Part shown: positions 10,076 through 20,715 of the stretch, one piece after another | Layout: the number at the start of each line of letters is the position of its first letter | How positions within the stretch are numbered: position 1 is the stretch's first letter | Origin: an uncultured Gemmatimonadaceae bacterium | GTDB taxonomy: Bacteria; Gemmatimonadota; Gemmatimonadetes; Gemmatimonadales; Gemmatimonadaceae | Assembly (NCBI GenBank): GCA_963740355.1 | Contig: CAVUDW010000002.1 | Coordinates: 1,376,001-1,440,000, forward strand | Direction of reading: 5' to 3' | DNA: 64,000 bases | Notes under the pieces: model-generated | Told to the model about the DNA's origin: nothing | Seen by the model: only the letters and a program-made list of their open reading frames with translations | Databases searched by the model: none | Made by a program: the position numbers and the translations under genes

Positions 10076-10672
10076 ATGCGTCGTTTCTTCACGATGTCGG
10101 CCGTCCTGCTCGCCGCTGCTGCCCCAGTGTTCGCCCAGGGCGGCATGACCATGGCAGCTCCTGCTGCTGGCCGGTTGTCGATTGCACCCTCCCCCCGCGC
10201 TTCTGCCACGATCGAAGTGAGCACCGGCGTCCGTGGCGCCCCCACGATGAAGGTCTCCGTGGACTACGGCCAGCCGTTTGCACGTGGCCGCGCCGTGGAA
10301 GGTGGTCTGATCCCGAACGGTCAGGTATGGCGGACCGGTGCCAATTCGTCGACGGCGTTCACGACGCAGGCGAACCTCAAGATCGGCACGCTGACGGTGC
10401 CGAAGGGCACGTACACGCTCTTCACGCTCTGGACGCCGGCCGCCGGCATGCAGCTGATCGTGAACAAGCAGACGGGGCAGTGGGGTACGGAGTACAAGCC
10501 CGAGATGGATCTGGGCCGCACGGCGATGACCTCCCGCACCATGGCCGACTCGCATGACGCCTTCATGATCACGATCGAGCCCGGCACGGCCACCACCGGC
10601 CCGACCACCGCCACGATGCGTCTGGTGTGGGGCAAGTCCGAATTCTCGGTGCCGATCACGGTCGTTCCGTAA
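10076..10672 (+). CDS. DUF2911 family secreted protein
   Basis: PSPRA, VDYGQP..RGR, VWRTGAN, GTYTLFT, QWGTEY. Confidence 0.88.
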   Translation: MRRFFTMSAVLLAAAAPVFAQGGMTMAAPAAGRLSIAPSPRASATIEVSTGVRGAPTMKVSVDYGQPFARGRAVEGGLIPNGQVWRTGANSSTAFTTQANLKIGTLTVPKGTYTLFTLWTPAAGMQLIVNKQTGQWGTEYKPEMDLGRTAMTSRTMADSHDAFMITIEPGTATTGPTTATMRLVWGKSEFSVPITVVP

Positions 10673-10842
10673 GCGATCCTCGAAGGGAAGTTGTTGGAAA
10701 CGTCTGGCTGGCACGGAGGTGACCCCGCGCCAGCCAGACGTTCGTGCGTCAGGGTGAGGGGGCGAGGGTCCGCGAGCGACGGCGGACGGCTATCTTTTGC
10801 GTCTTGACGCAGGTCTCCGCTTTCCCGCTGCACACTCCGCTC

Positions 10843-11988
10843 ATGCCGCATTCCCGACTGCACAAGCTGCACGCTGCCGGACAGAGCGTCTGGCTCGACT
10901 ATATCGATCGGACGATTCTCGCCGACGGCGCCCTCACCCGTCAGATCGACGCCGATGCCCTCACCGGCATGACGTCGAATCCCACAATCTTCGAAAAGGC
11001 CCTCGCCACCGGCACTGCGTACGACGCGCAGCTCGCGTCCGCGCCGGAAGGGCTGACGCCATGGCAGCTGTTCGAGCTCGTCGAAAGTGACGACGTCCGT
11101 ACGGCCTGCGACCAGTTCCGCGCCGTGTACGAGCAGTCTGGCGGCACCGATGGATACGTCTCCATCGAAGTATCTCCGAACGTGGCCAATGACGCCGACG
11201 CCACGGTCGAGGAAGCCCATCGCCTCTGGAAGCTGGTCAACCGCCCGAACGTGATGATCAAGGTGCCGGGCACGGAAGAAGGCTCGAAGGCCCTCCGCCG
11301 CCTGATCGCCGATGGCCTCAACGTGAACGTCACGCTGCTCTTTGCAGTCGATGCCTATCGTCGTGTCGCAGAAGCCTATCTCGCCGGTCTCGAGGATCGG
11401 GCGAAGGTTGGCGGCGACCTGCATCGCGTGGGCAGTGTGGCCAGCTTCTTCATCAGCCGCGTGGACAACGAAGTCGACGCGCGCCTCGATGCGATGATCA
11501 AGGACGCCGACGATGCCTCGGCGTCGCGACTCGGTGCACTCAAGGGCAAGGCTGCCATCGCCAATGCCAAGCTGGCCTACGCCCTGTTCCAGAAGACGTT
11601 CTCGGGCGAACGCTGGGACAAGCTGCGCGCGAATTCCGGCCGAGTGCAGCGCCCGCTCTGGGCCAGCACCAGCGTCAAGAATCCGGCCTATCGCGACGTG
11701 ATGTACGTCGAGCAGCTGATCGGCCCCGATACGGTGAACACCATGCCGCCGGCGACGATCACGGCATTCCAGGATCATGGCGAAGCCGCGCGCACCGTCG
11801 ACAAGGACGTGGACGAAGCGCGCGAGTTGCTGCAGGCGCTGGCCAGCGAAGGGATCAGCATGTCGAGCGTGACGGACAAGTTGCTCGCCGAAGGCCTGGC
11901 CAGCTTCCAGAAGTCGTTCGACACCTTGCTCGCCGGTCTCGAAACGAAGTTGCGTTCACTCGGTCGTGCGCCGGTCGCGACGGTCTGA
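10843..11988 (+). CDS. tal: transaldolase
   Basis: GQSVWLD, GMTSNPTIF, VSIEVSP, MIKVPGT, NVNVTLLF, SVASFFISRVD, RPLWASTS. Confidence 0.95.
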   Translation: MPHSRLHKLHAAGQSVWLDYIDRTILADGALTRQIDADALTGMTSNPTIFEKALATGTAYDAQLASAPEGLTPWQLFELVESDDVRTACDQFRAVYEQSGGTDGYVSIEVSPNVANDADATVEEAHRLWKLVNRPNVMIKVPGTEEGSKALRRLIADGLNVNVTLLFAVDAYRRVAEAYLAGLEDRAKVGGDLHRVGSVASFFISRVDNEVDARLDAMIKDADDASASRLGALKGKAAIANAKLAYALFQKTFSGERWDKLRANSGRVQRPLWASTSVKNPAYRDVMYVEQLIGPDTVNTMPPATITAFQDHGEAARTVDKDVDEARELLQALASEGISMSSVTDKLLAEGLASFQKSFDTLLAGLETKLRSLGRAPVATV

Positions 11989-12126
11989 GCGAGGTCGGCG
12001 CACGCGGCAACGCGGTGCCGTGACGTGGCGCGGAAACGCGCTGTCGCAGGGAAAGTTCGAACCACTTGATGCGGGGGCTGTCTGTGAGTGCAGGCAGCCC
12101 CTGACGTATCCAGCCCCCGGAAACGC

Positions 12127-14616
12127 ATGGCACGCGGTCTCGTCGGAACCATTGGCAGCGCGGTCACAGTCGCCGCGACTCTCTTCGTGTGCGCGCGCGG
12201 GATCAGCGCCGCCGGCATTCCGCCCATCGGGCCCCTGCTCGATCCGCTGCAGGGAGCGGCGGCCAGCGTCCGATACGGCGACCTGCCGGAGACGGAGCAG
12301 GAACACATACCGGGCATGGGTGCAAACACCCGCGTCCTTTTCGATGTGCGGGGTGTGCCACACGTCTTCGCCGGCAACACGCGCGACGCGTATCGTGCGT
12401 TGGGCTACGCGGTGGCCCGCGACCGGTTCTTCCAGATGGAACTCACCTATCGCGCGGCATCAGGCACGCTGACCGAGTTGGCCGGTGCCCGTGCGCTGCC
12501 GCTCGACAAGGAAGCACGACAGCTCGGCCTCGGCTGGGCGGCCGAGCGCAAGTGGGCCGCGCTCGACAGCAGCAGCGAGGGCCGTCGGGCGATGGAAGCC
12601 TTCGCCGACGGGGTGAACGCGTACCGTGCATCGATGACGCCGGCCAGCACACCGGTGGAGTACAAGCTTCTGGGCGCGCAGCCGATGACCACATGGGAGC
12701 CACGGTACTCCGTGTACCTGCTGATGCGCATGGCGCTCACGCTCGCGTACGATCCTGAAGACCTGCGGCGCACCCGTGCCGCCGCACTGGTGGGCCGCGA
12801 TGCGGCCGATGCCCTCTTCCCGCGCAATAGTCCTATTCAGGAGCCAATTCAGCCTGTCGCAGGGCGTATGGCACCGCGTGAAGCGTGGGCCGTGATTCCC
12901 GCGCCTGGCGCGCCCGACACATCGCTGCTGGTGCCGGCGAAAGCCGCCAGCCTTCTCGAGCACACCGCGCTGGCCATGCCCGGCACCGAGCAGACCGGTG
13001 ATGCCCTCGGGAGCAACAACTGGGCGATCGCGCCGCAGCGCACCGCCAGCGGCGGCGCCTTGTTGTCCGGCGACCCGCACCTCGACCTGTCGTTGCCGTC
13101 GATCTGGTACGAAGCGCACCTCGTGGTGAAGGATTCGCTCGATGTCTACGGTGTGACGTTCCCCGGGTCGCCGACGATCGTGATCGGCTTCAACCAGAAC
13201 GTGGCATGGACGTTCACCAACACCGGTGGTGATGTCGCCGACTACTTCCTCGAGCAGGTCGACAACGAGAAGGCACCGACGCGCTACATGCTGGATGGAC
13301 AGTGGCAGAAGCTGACGCCGCGCATCGAGACCTTCCGGAATGCTGCCGGCAAGACGATCAGCACTGACACGGTGTTCTACACACATCGTGGTCCCACCAT
13401 GCGCGAGAACGGGCGATTCCTCAGCTTCCGCTGGACGGCACACGATCCATCGAACGAGCTGGATGGATTCGTGGCCGCGACCCGGGCCAGCTCGGTGCAG
13501 CAGTGGCAGGCAGCGATGCTGCCGTACAAGTCGCCGACGCAGAACATGCTGGTGGCCGATCGTAGCGGTACCATCGCACTCCGTTCGTATGGCGAATATC
13601 CATTGCGGCCGGCCGGCGTCGATGGAGCCTACGTGCGCGATGGGCGCACCCGTGCCAGCGATTGGACCGGCATGCTCCCGATCGACAGCATGCCGCAGGT
13701 CACCAATCCGGCGCAGGGTTACATCGTGAGCGCCAACCAGCAGCCCTTCGATCCTGCGGTGGTTCCGCGCTACATCGGCGGCAATTGGCCCGACCCGTGG
13801 CGCGCGCTGCGCATCAATGAAATCCTGCGCGCCGATGATCGGGTCACGCCGGAACGCATTCGGCAGATGCACATGGATCCGCTGAACGTGCGGGCCCGCA
13901 TGATCGCGCCGTTCTTCGTGCGGGCGGCAGAACGCAGCGGCAACGCGTCGCTCGGTGCGGCCGCGAAAATGCTGCGCGACTGGGACTATCGCTACACGCT
14001 CGATGCGCGTGTGCCGGTGTTGTTCGAGGCCGCGATGAAGCGTGCGGTGCGCAACACCTGGGATGAGTTGAGTCCCGAGGCAGGGAAGGCAGCCGTCGCC
14101 GTCCCGGCCAGCGCGGTGTTCCTCGAACTGCTGCGTGATTCGACCAATGTCTGGTGGGACGACAAGCGCACTGCGGGCTCGGTCGAAACGCGGGACGGCC
14201 TGCTCGCCGATGCCCTGAAGAGTGCCTACGACTCCCTCGCGCTCTCACTCGGCCCGGTCGGCCTGCCCTGGGAGTGGAGTCGGACGGGCGGCATCAACGT
14301 GCACCACCTGGTGAACCTGCCGGGCTTCAATCGCGATCATCTGGCGGTCACTTCCGGGTACGGCACGATTGCGCCGGCGTCAGGTGCGACGGGCAGTCAC
14401 GGTGCCAGCTGGCGCATGATCGTGGAACTGACGAAGGAGCGTCGCACGGCCTGGTCGATCTATCCCGGCGGTCAGAGCGGCAATCCGGCCAGCAAGCGGT
14501 ACGACGATCGGCTGGAGAAGTGGCGCACGGGGCAGCTGGATTCGCTGATCGTGCCGGAGAGTGAAGCGGCGTTCGCCAAGGCACGGATTCTTTCGACCCT
14601 CGAATTGCGGCCGTAG
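12127..14616 (+). CDS. penicillin acylase family (Ntn hydrolase)
   Basis: GVPHVFA, RDRFFQME, GSNNWAI, DPHL, PGGQSGNP. Confidence 0.92.
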   Translation: MARGLVGTIGSAVTVAATLFVCARGISAAGIPPIGPLLDPLQGAAASVRYGDLPETEQEHIPGMGANTRVLFDVRGVPHVFAGNTRDAYRALGYAVARDRFFQMELTYRAASGTLTELAGARALPLDKEARQLGLGWAAERKWAALDSSSEGRRAMEAFADGVNAYRASMTPASTPVEYKLLGAQPMTTWEPRYSVYLLMRMALTLAYDPEDLRRTRAAALVGRDAADALFPRNSPIQEPIQPVAGRMAPREAWAVIPAPGAPDTSLLVPAKAASLLEHTALAMPGTEQTGDALGSNNWAIAPQRTASGGALLSGDPHLDLSLPSIWYEAHLVVKDSLDVYGVTFPGSPTIVIGFNQNVAWTFTNTGGDVADYFLEQVDNEKAPTRYMLDGQWQKLTPRIETFRNAAGKTISTDTVFYTHRGPTMRENGRFLSFRWTAHDPSNELDGFVAATRASSVQQWQAAMLPYKSPTQNMLVADRSGTIALRSYGEYPLRPAGVDGAYVRDGRTRASDWTGMLPIDSMPQVTNPAQGYIVSANQQPFDPAVVPRYIGGNWPDPWRALRINEILRADDRVTPERIRQMHMDPLNVRARMIAPFFVRAAERSGNASLGAAAKMLRDWDYRYTLDARVPVLFEAAMKRAVRNTWDELSPEAGKAAVAVPASAVFLELLRDSTNVWWDDKRTAGSVETRDGLLADALKSAYDSLALSLGPVGLPWEWSRTGGINVHHLVNLPGFNRDHLAVTSGYGTIAPASGATGSHGASWRMIVELTKERRTAWSIYPGGQSGNPASKRYDDRLEKWRTGQLDSLIVPESEAAFAKARILSTLELRP

Positions 14617-14622
14617 GGCGGC

Positions 14623-15075
14623 ATGTCGTTCACCGCGCTCATCCTGACCGTAGGAGCCCTCGTTGCCGCCGGCATCGCGCTCCTGTGGGCCAACCAGACC
14701 CGGAACCAGACCATGTTCGTGATCGTCGCCGTCGTCCTTTTCATCGCTGCCGAGTTCGTCATGGGCTGGTGGGCCCTGCCGGTCGTCGGCCTCGTGCTCG
14801 GCCTCGTCGGCGCGCGCCGAAAGGCGGTCGGCACCATGGTCGCTGGCGCCGCACTCACCGCCTGGATGCTCCTCTATGGCTGGAACGCCATGCACGGCAA
14901 CCTCGGCAGTTTCATGCAGGCGCTGGCGGCCAGCATGAAGGTGAAACCGAACGCCCTCCTCTCTGTGGTGACCGCTTTGCCCGCACTGCTCGCCGGCCCG
15001 GCGGCACGTCTCGGTGCCGGTTTGCGCCCGGAATCGACGCCCGCAGATCCGGTAGGGACCGCATTGAACGGTTAG
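14623..15075 (+). CDS. hypothetical membrane protein
   Basis: Several hydrophobic segments; follows the acylase gene closely. Confidence 0.7.
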   Translation: MSFTALILTVGALVAAGIALLWANQTRNQTMFVIVAVVLFIAAEFVMGWWALPVVGLVLGLVGARRKAVGTMVAGAALTAWMLLYGWNAMHGNLGSFMQALAASMKVKPNALLSVVTALPALLAGPAARLGAGLRPESTPADPVGTALNG

Positions 15076-15174
15076 TTCAGCTATGTTGGGTTCCGGGAAC
15101 CGGCGCGTGGGCGTGCCGGCGAAGCCCACACGGCCCGGCTGCGATCGGCGCCGTTTCCACTCGACGCCGATCCC

Positions 15175-16590
15175 GTGTCCGTCACCGCTCCGAAAACCAA
15201 GATCGTCTGCACCCTCGGTCCCGCCTCTGCCACGCGTGAGAGCATCGGGTCCCTGATCGAAGCCGGCCTCAATGTGGCCCGGATCAACTTCTCCCACGGC
15301 ACGCACGAGCAGCACGCGCAGACGATCGCGATTGTGCGTGAGGTGGCCTCCGCCTACGGCAAGCCGGTCGCCATCCTCGGTGACCTGCAGGGGCCGCGCA
15401 TCCGGATCGGCGTCCTCTCGCAGCCGCTCCAGCTCGTGCCGGGCCGCGAAGTGGTGCTGGCGCACGAAGGGGAAGAGGAACCCGGCGACATCCCGGTGAC
15501 CTACACCCAGCTCTCGCACGACGTCTCGGCCGGCGGTCGCATCCTGATCAATGACGGCCTGCTCGAGTTGCGGGTGCTGCAGGTGATGGGAAAGCGGGTG
15601 CGCTGCGAAGTGGTCTTCGGCGGTGAACTGAAGAGCAACAAGGGCATCAACCTGCCGGGCATCGCAGTGTCCGCACCCTCGATCACGGAAAAGGATCGCG
15701 CCGACGTCGCCTTCGCCGTCGAACAGGACCTCGACTACGTCGCGCTCAGCTTCGTGCGTCGCGCCGAGGACCTCTGGCAGCTCCGTGGACTGGTGCCAAG
15801 CCACATGATGATCGTGGCCAAGGTCGAGAAGGACGTCGCGCTCGACAACATCGAGACGATCGTCGCTGCCTCCGACGCGATCATGGTCGCCCGCGGTGAC
15901 CTCGGCGTCGAATTGCCGTTCGAGCGCGTGCCGGTCGCGCAGAAGCAGATCATCGCGCTCTGCAATCGCATGGGTCGCCCGGTGATCACGGCCACGCAGA
16001 TGCTGGAGTCGATGATCACGCATCCGCGCCCGACGCGCGCCGAAGCCAGCGACGTCGCCAACGCGATCCTCGATGGCACCGACGCCGTGATGCTCTCCGC
16101 AGAGACGGCTGCCGGCGCCTATCCGCGCCTGGCCGTGGAAGCGATGCAGCGCATCATCATCGAGATCGAACAGCGCTCGAAGCTCGACATGGCGAACAAG
16201 GACCAGCGCCGCATGCCGGAGCACAAGCACGAAGTCGCCGAAGCGATCGCATCGGCGGTCAGTGCGGCGGTGAAGATGCTTCGCGCACCGGCCATCGTCT
16301 GCTTCACCAAGAGCGGTTCGACGGCTCGCGTCGTGTCGAGCATGCGTCCGGCCGTCACGGTGGTGGCCTGCACGGATCTCGAGAAGACCTATCGCCAGCT
16401 GGCGCTGGTCTGGGGCGTGCAGCCGGAACTGGTGCCGCGTCACGACAACTACGACGACCTGATCGTCGAAGGGTTGAAGGCCGTGCGCCGCCTCAACCTC
16501 GCCGATCCGGGCGACCACATCGTCGTCACGGCCGGCGTGCCGTTCGACACCCCGGGTACGACGAACTTCATGCGCGTGGAGACGGTGTGA
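15175..16590 (+). CDS. pyk: pyruvate kinase
   Basis: KTKIVCTLGPAS, RINFSHG, DLQGPRIR, MVARGDLGVE, ATQMLESM, DAVMLS. Confidence 0.97.
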   Translation: MSVTAPKTKIVCTLGPASATRESIGSLIEAGLNVARINFSHGTHEQHAQTIAIVREVASAYGKPVAILGDLQGPRIRIGVLSQPLQLVPGREVVLAHEGEEEPGDIPVTYTQLSHDVSAGGRILINDGLLELRVLQVMGKRVRCEVVFGGELKSNKGINLPGIAVSAPSITEKDRADVAFAVEQDLDYVALSFVRRAEDLWQLRGLVPSHMMIVAKVEKDVALDNIETIVAASDAIMVARGDLGVELPFERVPVAQKQIIALCNRMGRPVITATQMLESMITHPRPTRAEASDVANAILDGTDAVMLSAETAAGAYPRLAVEAMQRIIIEIEQRSKLDMANKDQRRMPEHKHEVAEAIASAVSAAVKMLRAPAIVCFTKSGSTARVVSSMRPAVTVVACTDLEKTYRQLALVWGVQPELVPRHDNYDDLIVEGLKAVRRLNLADPGDHIVVTAGVPFDTPGTTNFMRVETV

Positions 16591-17366
16591 GACTGACCTT
16601 CCTCGGCACCGGAACCAGTTTCGGTGTGCCGCAGGTTGGTTGCAATTGCGCTGTCTGTCGTTCTCCCGATCCGCGTGACAAGCGCACACGGGTCGGGGCA
16701 GTCGTCGAGTCGGCAGGCGGTACGCGCCTGCTGCTCGACACACCGCCCGAGCTGCGCGTGCAGCTGATCGCCAACGGGATCGATCGCGTGGACGCGGTGC
16801 TGTTCACGCACGACCATGCCGACCACACCCACGGCATCGACGACATCCGGGCCATCTCCGTCCGGCGTGATGCACCGTTGCCGCTCTATGGCTCGGCCGG
16901 CACCATGCAGAGCCTGCGCGAGAAATTCCGCTACGTCTTCGATGAATCGATGCGCCCCATGCCCGGCACCACCAAGCCGGAAGGGCAGACCGTGATCGTC
17001 GAACCCGACGTGCCAGTGACCATCGGCGACCTCACCGTGGTGCCGTTCATCGTGCCGCACGGTCGCTTCGAAGTCACGGCGTATCGCATCGGGCCGCTCG
17101 GCTACGTCACCGATGCCAAGTCACTGCCGCAGCACGCGATCGATCTGCTGCGCGGCGTGAAGGTGCTGGTGCTCAACGCCCTCTTCCGCACCGCGCATCC
17201 GACCCATCTCAGCATCCCCGAGGCGATCGCCGTGGCGCGCGAAATTGGAGCCGAGCGTACGTACCTGACACATCTCACACACGAGAATTTTCACGCCGAT
17301 CTCGAGGCGGAGTTGCCGTCAGGGATCGCGCCGGCGTTCGACGGTCTCACGGTGCGGGTTGAATAG
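16587..17366 (+). CDS. MBL-fold metallohydrolase (PhnP-like)
   Basis: LGTGTSFGVP, CNCAVC, THDHADHTHGIDD. Confidence 0.9.
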   Translation: MRLTFLGTGTSFGVPQVGCNCAVCRSPDPRDKRTRVGAVVESAGGTRLLLDTPPELRVQLIANGIDRVDAVLFTHDHADHTHGIDDIRAISVRRDAPLPLYGSAGTMQSLREKFRYVFDESMRPMPGTTKPEGQTVIVEPDVPVTIGDLTVVPFIVPHGRFEVTAYRIGPLGYVTDAKSLPQHAIDLLRGVKVLVLNALFRTAHPTHLSIPEAIAVAREIGAERTYLTHLTHENFHADLEAELPSGIAPAFDGLTVRVE

Positions 17367-17369
17367 CCT

Positions 17370-17798
17370 GTGCCACGCATCGAGACCGAGTCGTTTGCCG
17401 TGGACGAGAGTGTCACTGCCATCACGGCGGGGCTGCGCAGCTTCAACGTGAACCACATGACGCCCGAGGAGGCGTCACCGTTCAACATCGTGCTGCGGGA
17501 TGACGATGGGACGATCGTGGGTGGCTGTGTGTGCGAGACACGCTGGCACTGGATGTTCGTCGATCGGCTCTGGGTCAGCGACGCCTTTCGCGGCGCGGGG
17601 TTCGGCACCGCACTGCTCGAGGCGGCCGAGGACGAGGCGCGCCGCCGCGGCTGCACAAAGGCGCATCTTGATACCATAAGCTTTCAGGCGCGGCCGTTCT
17701 ACGAGAAGCTTGGCTGGCGACTGTTCGGCACACTCGAAGACTATCCACCGGGGCACACCCGGTATTTCCTCCAGAAAGACCTTCCTCCGCGTTCCTGA
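17370..17798 (+). CDS. GNAT N-acetyltransferase
   Basis: LWV..FRGAGFG, DTISFQARPFYEKLGW. Confidence 0.9.
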   Translation: MPRIETESFAVDESVTAITAGLRSFNVNHMTPEEASPFNIVLRDDDGTIVGGCVCETRWHWMFVDRLWVSDAFRGAGFGTALLEAAEDEARRRGCTKAHLDTISFQARPFYEKLGWRLFGTLEDYPPGHTRYFLQKDLPPRS

Positions 17799-17802
17799 TC
17801 CC

Positions 17803-19188
17803 ATGGCTCTCCGATTCGACTACACCAACATGCTCGCGCCGGCCTGCCCAGGCGCGCTGCCGGCTGACACGATCGTCACCGCGGCAGACGCGTTTGCGAA
17901 GGCTGTCGCGGACGTGAAGACGCGCCGCGCGGCGGGCACCCTCGGCTTTCCTGTGCTCCCCGAGGACGCCGCATTGCGCGTCGCGCTCAAGGCTGACGCG
18001 CTGGCTTCGCGCGGCGAGATCGACGACGTGATCCTCTGCGGCATCGGTGGCAGCGCGCTCGGGCCGAACATGCTGCGCAGCGCCCTCTGCCCGCCACGCT
18101 GGAACGAGCTCGATCTCGCCGCGCGCGGCGGCTGGCCGCGGTTGCATGTGATGGACAACGTGGACCCGGTCTCGATGGCGTCGCTCTTCGACCGCATCGA
18201 CCTCAAGCGCACGCGCGTGCTGGTGATTTCCAAGTCCGGTGGCACTGCGGAAACCATGTCGCAGTACCTCGTCGTGCGCGACATGCTGGAGAAGCTGGGC
18301 GAGGAATGGCCGAAGAAGGTGTTGCGCTTCATCACCGATCCCGAGAAGGGTGTGCTGCGCGCGATCGCGAAGACCGATGGCATCATCACCTACGACATTC
18401 CGCCCAGCGTGGGCGGCCGATTCAGTGTGCTGACCGCCGTCGGCCTGGCTCCTGCGGCCTTCATCGGCATCGACATCGATGCACTCTGCGCTGGTGCCGC
18501 AGCGATGCGTGACCGCTGCGAAGATGCGAACCTGGCCGAGAATCCTGCCGGTGTCTTTGCCGTGCTGCAGCATGCGCATGACCAGCGGAACGGTCGGCAG
18601 ATCCATGTGCTGATGCCGTATGCCGATGCGTTGCGTGACGTGGCCGCCTGGTTCGTGCAGCTCTGGGCCGAGAGCCTAGGCAAGGCGCTGCCCGGCGGCG
18701 GGAATGTTGGTCCGACACCGTTGCCGGCACTCGGTGCCACCGATCAGCACGCGCAGGTCCAGAACTTCATGGAAGGTCCGCAGGACAAGACCGTGACCTT
18801 CATCGCGGTCGAGAAGCTGGCGCGCGACATCACCATTCCAGCCTTGCACGCGAACTTCCCTGATCTCGCGTACCTCGGCGGTGCGACGATCGGTGCCTTG
18901 CTCGACGCCGAGCGCCGCGCCACGGCCGGCGCCCTCGCCAGCAGTGGTCGCCCGAACGGTGTGCTGCAGATTCCGCAGGTGGACGCACATCACCTTGGCG
19001 AATTGATCATGCTGTTCGAGTTCGCGACCGCCTTCGCCGGCGCACTCTATGGCATCGATGCCTACAACCAGCCGGGCGTCGAGCTGGGCAAGCAGTTCAC
19101 CTACGGCATCTTCGGCCGGCCAGGCTTCGAGTCCGACCGGGATCGGTTCAACCAGCTGGCGCAGCCGAACCCGGCCTGTGTGGTTTGA
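17803..19188 (+). CDS. pgi: glucose-6-phosphate isomerase
   Basis: GIGGSALG, SKSGGTAET, GGRFSV, QLWAESLGK, GATDQH, NQPGVELGK. Confidence 0.95.
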   Translation: MALRFDYTNMLAPACPGALPADTIVTAADAFAKAVADVKTRRAAGTLGFPVLPEDAALRVALKADALASRGEIDDVILCGIGGSALGPNMLRSALCPPRWNELDLAARGGWPRLHVMDNVDPVSMASLFDRIDLKRTRVLVISKSGGTAETMSQYLVVRDMLEKLGEEWPKKVLRFITDPEKGVLRAIAKTDGIITYDIPPSVGGRFSVLTAVGLAPAAFIGIDIDALCAGAAAMRDRCEDANLAENPAGVFAVLQHAHDQRNGRQIHVLMPYADALRDVAAWFVQLWAESLGKALPGGGNVGPTPLPALGATDQHAQVQNFMEGPQDKTVTFIAVEKLARDITIPALHANFPDLAYLGGATIGALLDAERRATAGALASSGRPNGVLQIPQVDAHHLGELIMLFEFATAFAGALYGIDAYNQPGVELGKQFTYGIFGRPGFESDRDRFNQLAQPNPACVV

Positions 19189-19303
19189 TCGAGCACGCGG
19201 CACGATCCCTTGTGCCTCGTGCCGGTGGTAGGGAGCTTTCAGGTCTCCCCCACCAGAGTCGTGCACGAGGTCGCTGTTTCCCCTTTCTTTCACTGAGGTC
19301 TTG

Positions 19304-20713
19304 ATGTCCGCTCCCGCCATCTCGTCGGCGCTGCTCTCCGACTGCGTTACCGTCGCTGGATCCACCGTGACCGTCACGCATCCCGAGCTGCTGGCGACCG
19401 ACCGCATGGACGCGGTGATCAACGCTGCCGTTTTCGGCACCGATGAAGAGAAGGAATACGCGCGCTGGCTGCTCTGGGAAGTTGGACAGCACGTCGGTGT
19501 CCGACCGGCCTCGATTCATGACCTCTACGTGGCGCGCGGTGCCGGCAAGACCGGCGGCTACACCGTCCCGGCCATGAACATCCGCTGCGCCTCGTACGAC
19601 ACGATGCGCTCGATCTTCCGCACCGCCAACAAGCTCGAAGCCGGCGCGTTCATTCTCGAAATCGCGCGCTCCGAGATCGCCTACACCGACCAGCGTCCCA
19701 CCGAGTACGTCGCGGTGATGATTGCAGCGGCGTTGCGCGAAGGTTTCCGCGGCCCGCTCTTCATCCAGGGTGACCACTTCCAGGTCAACCACAAGAAGTT
19801 CGCGGTCGATCCGGTGCTGGAAGTGAACTCGGTGAAGCAGCTGGTGACGGAAGCCGTCGCTGCCGGTTTCTACAACATCGACGTCGACACCTCGACGCTG
19901 GTCGACCTGTCGAAGCCGACGCATGACGAACAGCAGGTGCCGAACTACGTCACGGCAGTGGACATCTGCCGTTTCGTGCGCGCGTCGGAGCCTGAGGGTG
20001 TGACGATCTCCCTCGGCGGCGAGATTGGCGAAGTGGGCACCGAAAATTCGACGCCCGATGAACTGCATGCGTTCATGAAGGGCTTCAACAAGACGCTGCA
20101 GGAGCAGGCACCGGGCATGGCCGGCCTCTCAAAGATCAGCGTGCAGAGTGGCACCAGTCATGGTGGCACGGTGTTGCCGGACGGCAGCATCGCCGATGTC
20201 GCGCTCGATCTCGAGACGCTGCGCATCCTCGGCGAGTTGGCCCGCTCCGACTACGGCATGGCAGGCGCCGTGCAGCATGGTGCGAGCACGTTGCCGGACA
20301 GCAAGTTCAGTTCTTTCCCGGCCGCCGAAACCGCCGAGATCCATCTCGCGACGAACTTCCAGACGATGATGTTCGACCACATGCCCGATGCACTCCGCAA
20401 GGAGATGTACGACTGGCTGCTGGTGAATGCGAAGGACGAGCGGAAGGCGACCGACACCGATGAGCAGTTCTTCTACAAGGCACGCAAGAAGGCGATTGGT
20501 CCCTTCAAGAAGCAGATGTGGTCATTGCCGGCGGACGTGAAGGCGAAGCTTGCGGCCGCATACGATGCCAAGTTCACGTTCCTCTTCACGCAGCTGAACG
20601 TCGTCGGGACCAAGGCGGCGGTGAAGGAGTTCGTGAAGGCGCCGCGCCTGCACAAGGTGTTCGGTGCGCCCGGCGTGATCGCCGCGCCGGATGATGCGGA
20701 CCTGAGTGACTGA
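19304..20713 (+). CDS. fba: class II fructose-bisphosphate aldolase (long form)
   Basis: VPAMNIR, FIQGDH, GGEIGEVG, QSGTSHGG, VQHGASTL, EIHLAT. Confidence 0.85.
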   Translation: MSAPAISSALLSDCVTVAGSTVTVTHPELLATDRMDAVINAAVFGTDEEKEYARWLLWEVGQHVGVRPASIHDLYVARGAGKTGGYTVPAMNIRCASYDTMRSIFRTANKLEAGAFILEIARSEIAYTDQRPTEYVAVMIAAALREGFRGPLFIQGDHFQVNHKKFAVDPVLEVNSVKQLVTEAVAAGFYNIDVDTSTLVDLSKPTHDEQQVPNYVTAVDICRFVRASEPEGVTISLGGEIGEVGTENSTPDELHAFMKGFNKTLQEQAPGMAGLSKISVQSGTSHGGTVLPDGSIADVALDLETLRILGELARSDYGMAGAVQHGASTLPDSKFSSFPAAETAEIHLATNFQTMMFDHMPDALRKEMYDWLLVNAKDERKATDTDEQFFYKARKKAIGPFKKQMWSLPADVKAKLAAAYDAKFTFLFTQLNVVGTKAAVKEFVKAPRLHKVFGAPGVIAAPDDADLSD

Positions 20714-20715
20714 GC

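Noticed and set aside
14380..16743. 787-aa minus-strand ORF and similar long antisense ORFs (e.g. 33805-35805, 59966-61738, 48557-50242)
   Set aside because: Shadow frames of well-supported genes in high-GC DNA; no motifs
19214..19270. Riboswitch between pgi and fba
   Set aside because: A hairpin is present but I recognise no aptamer consensus
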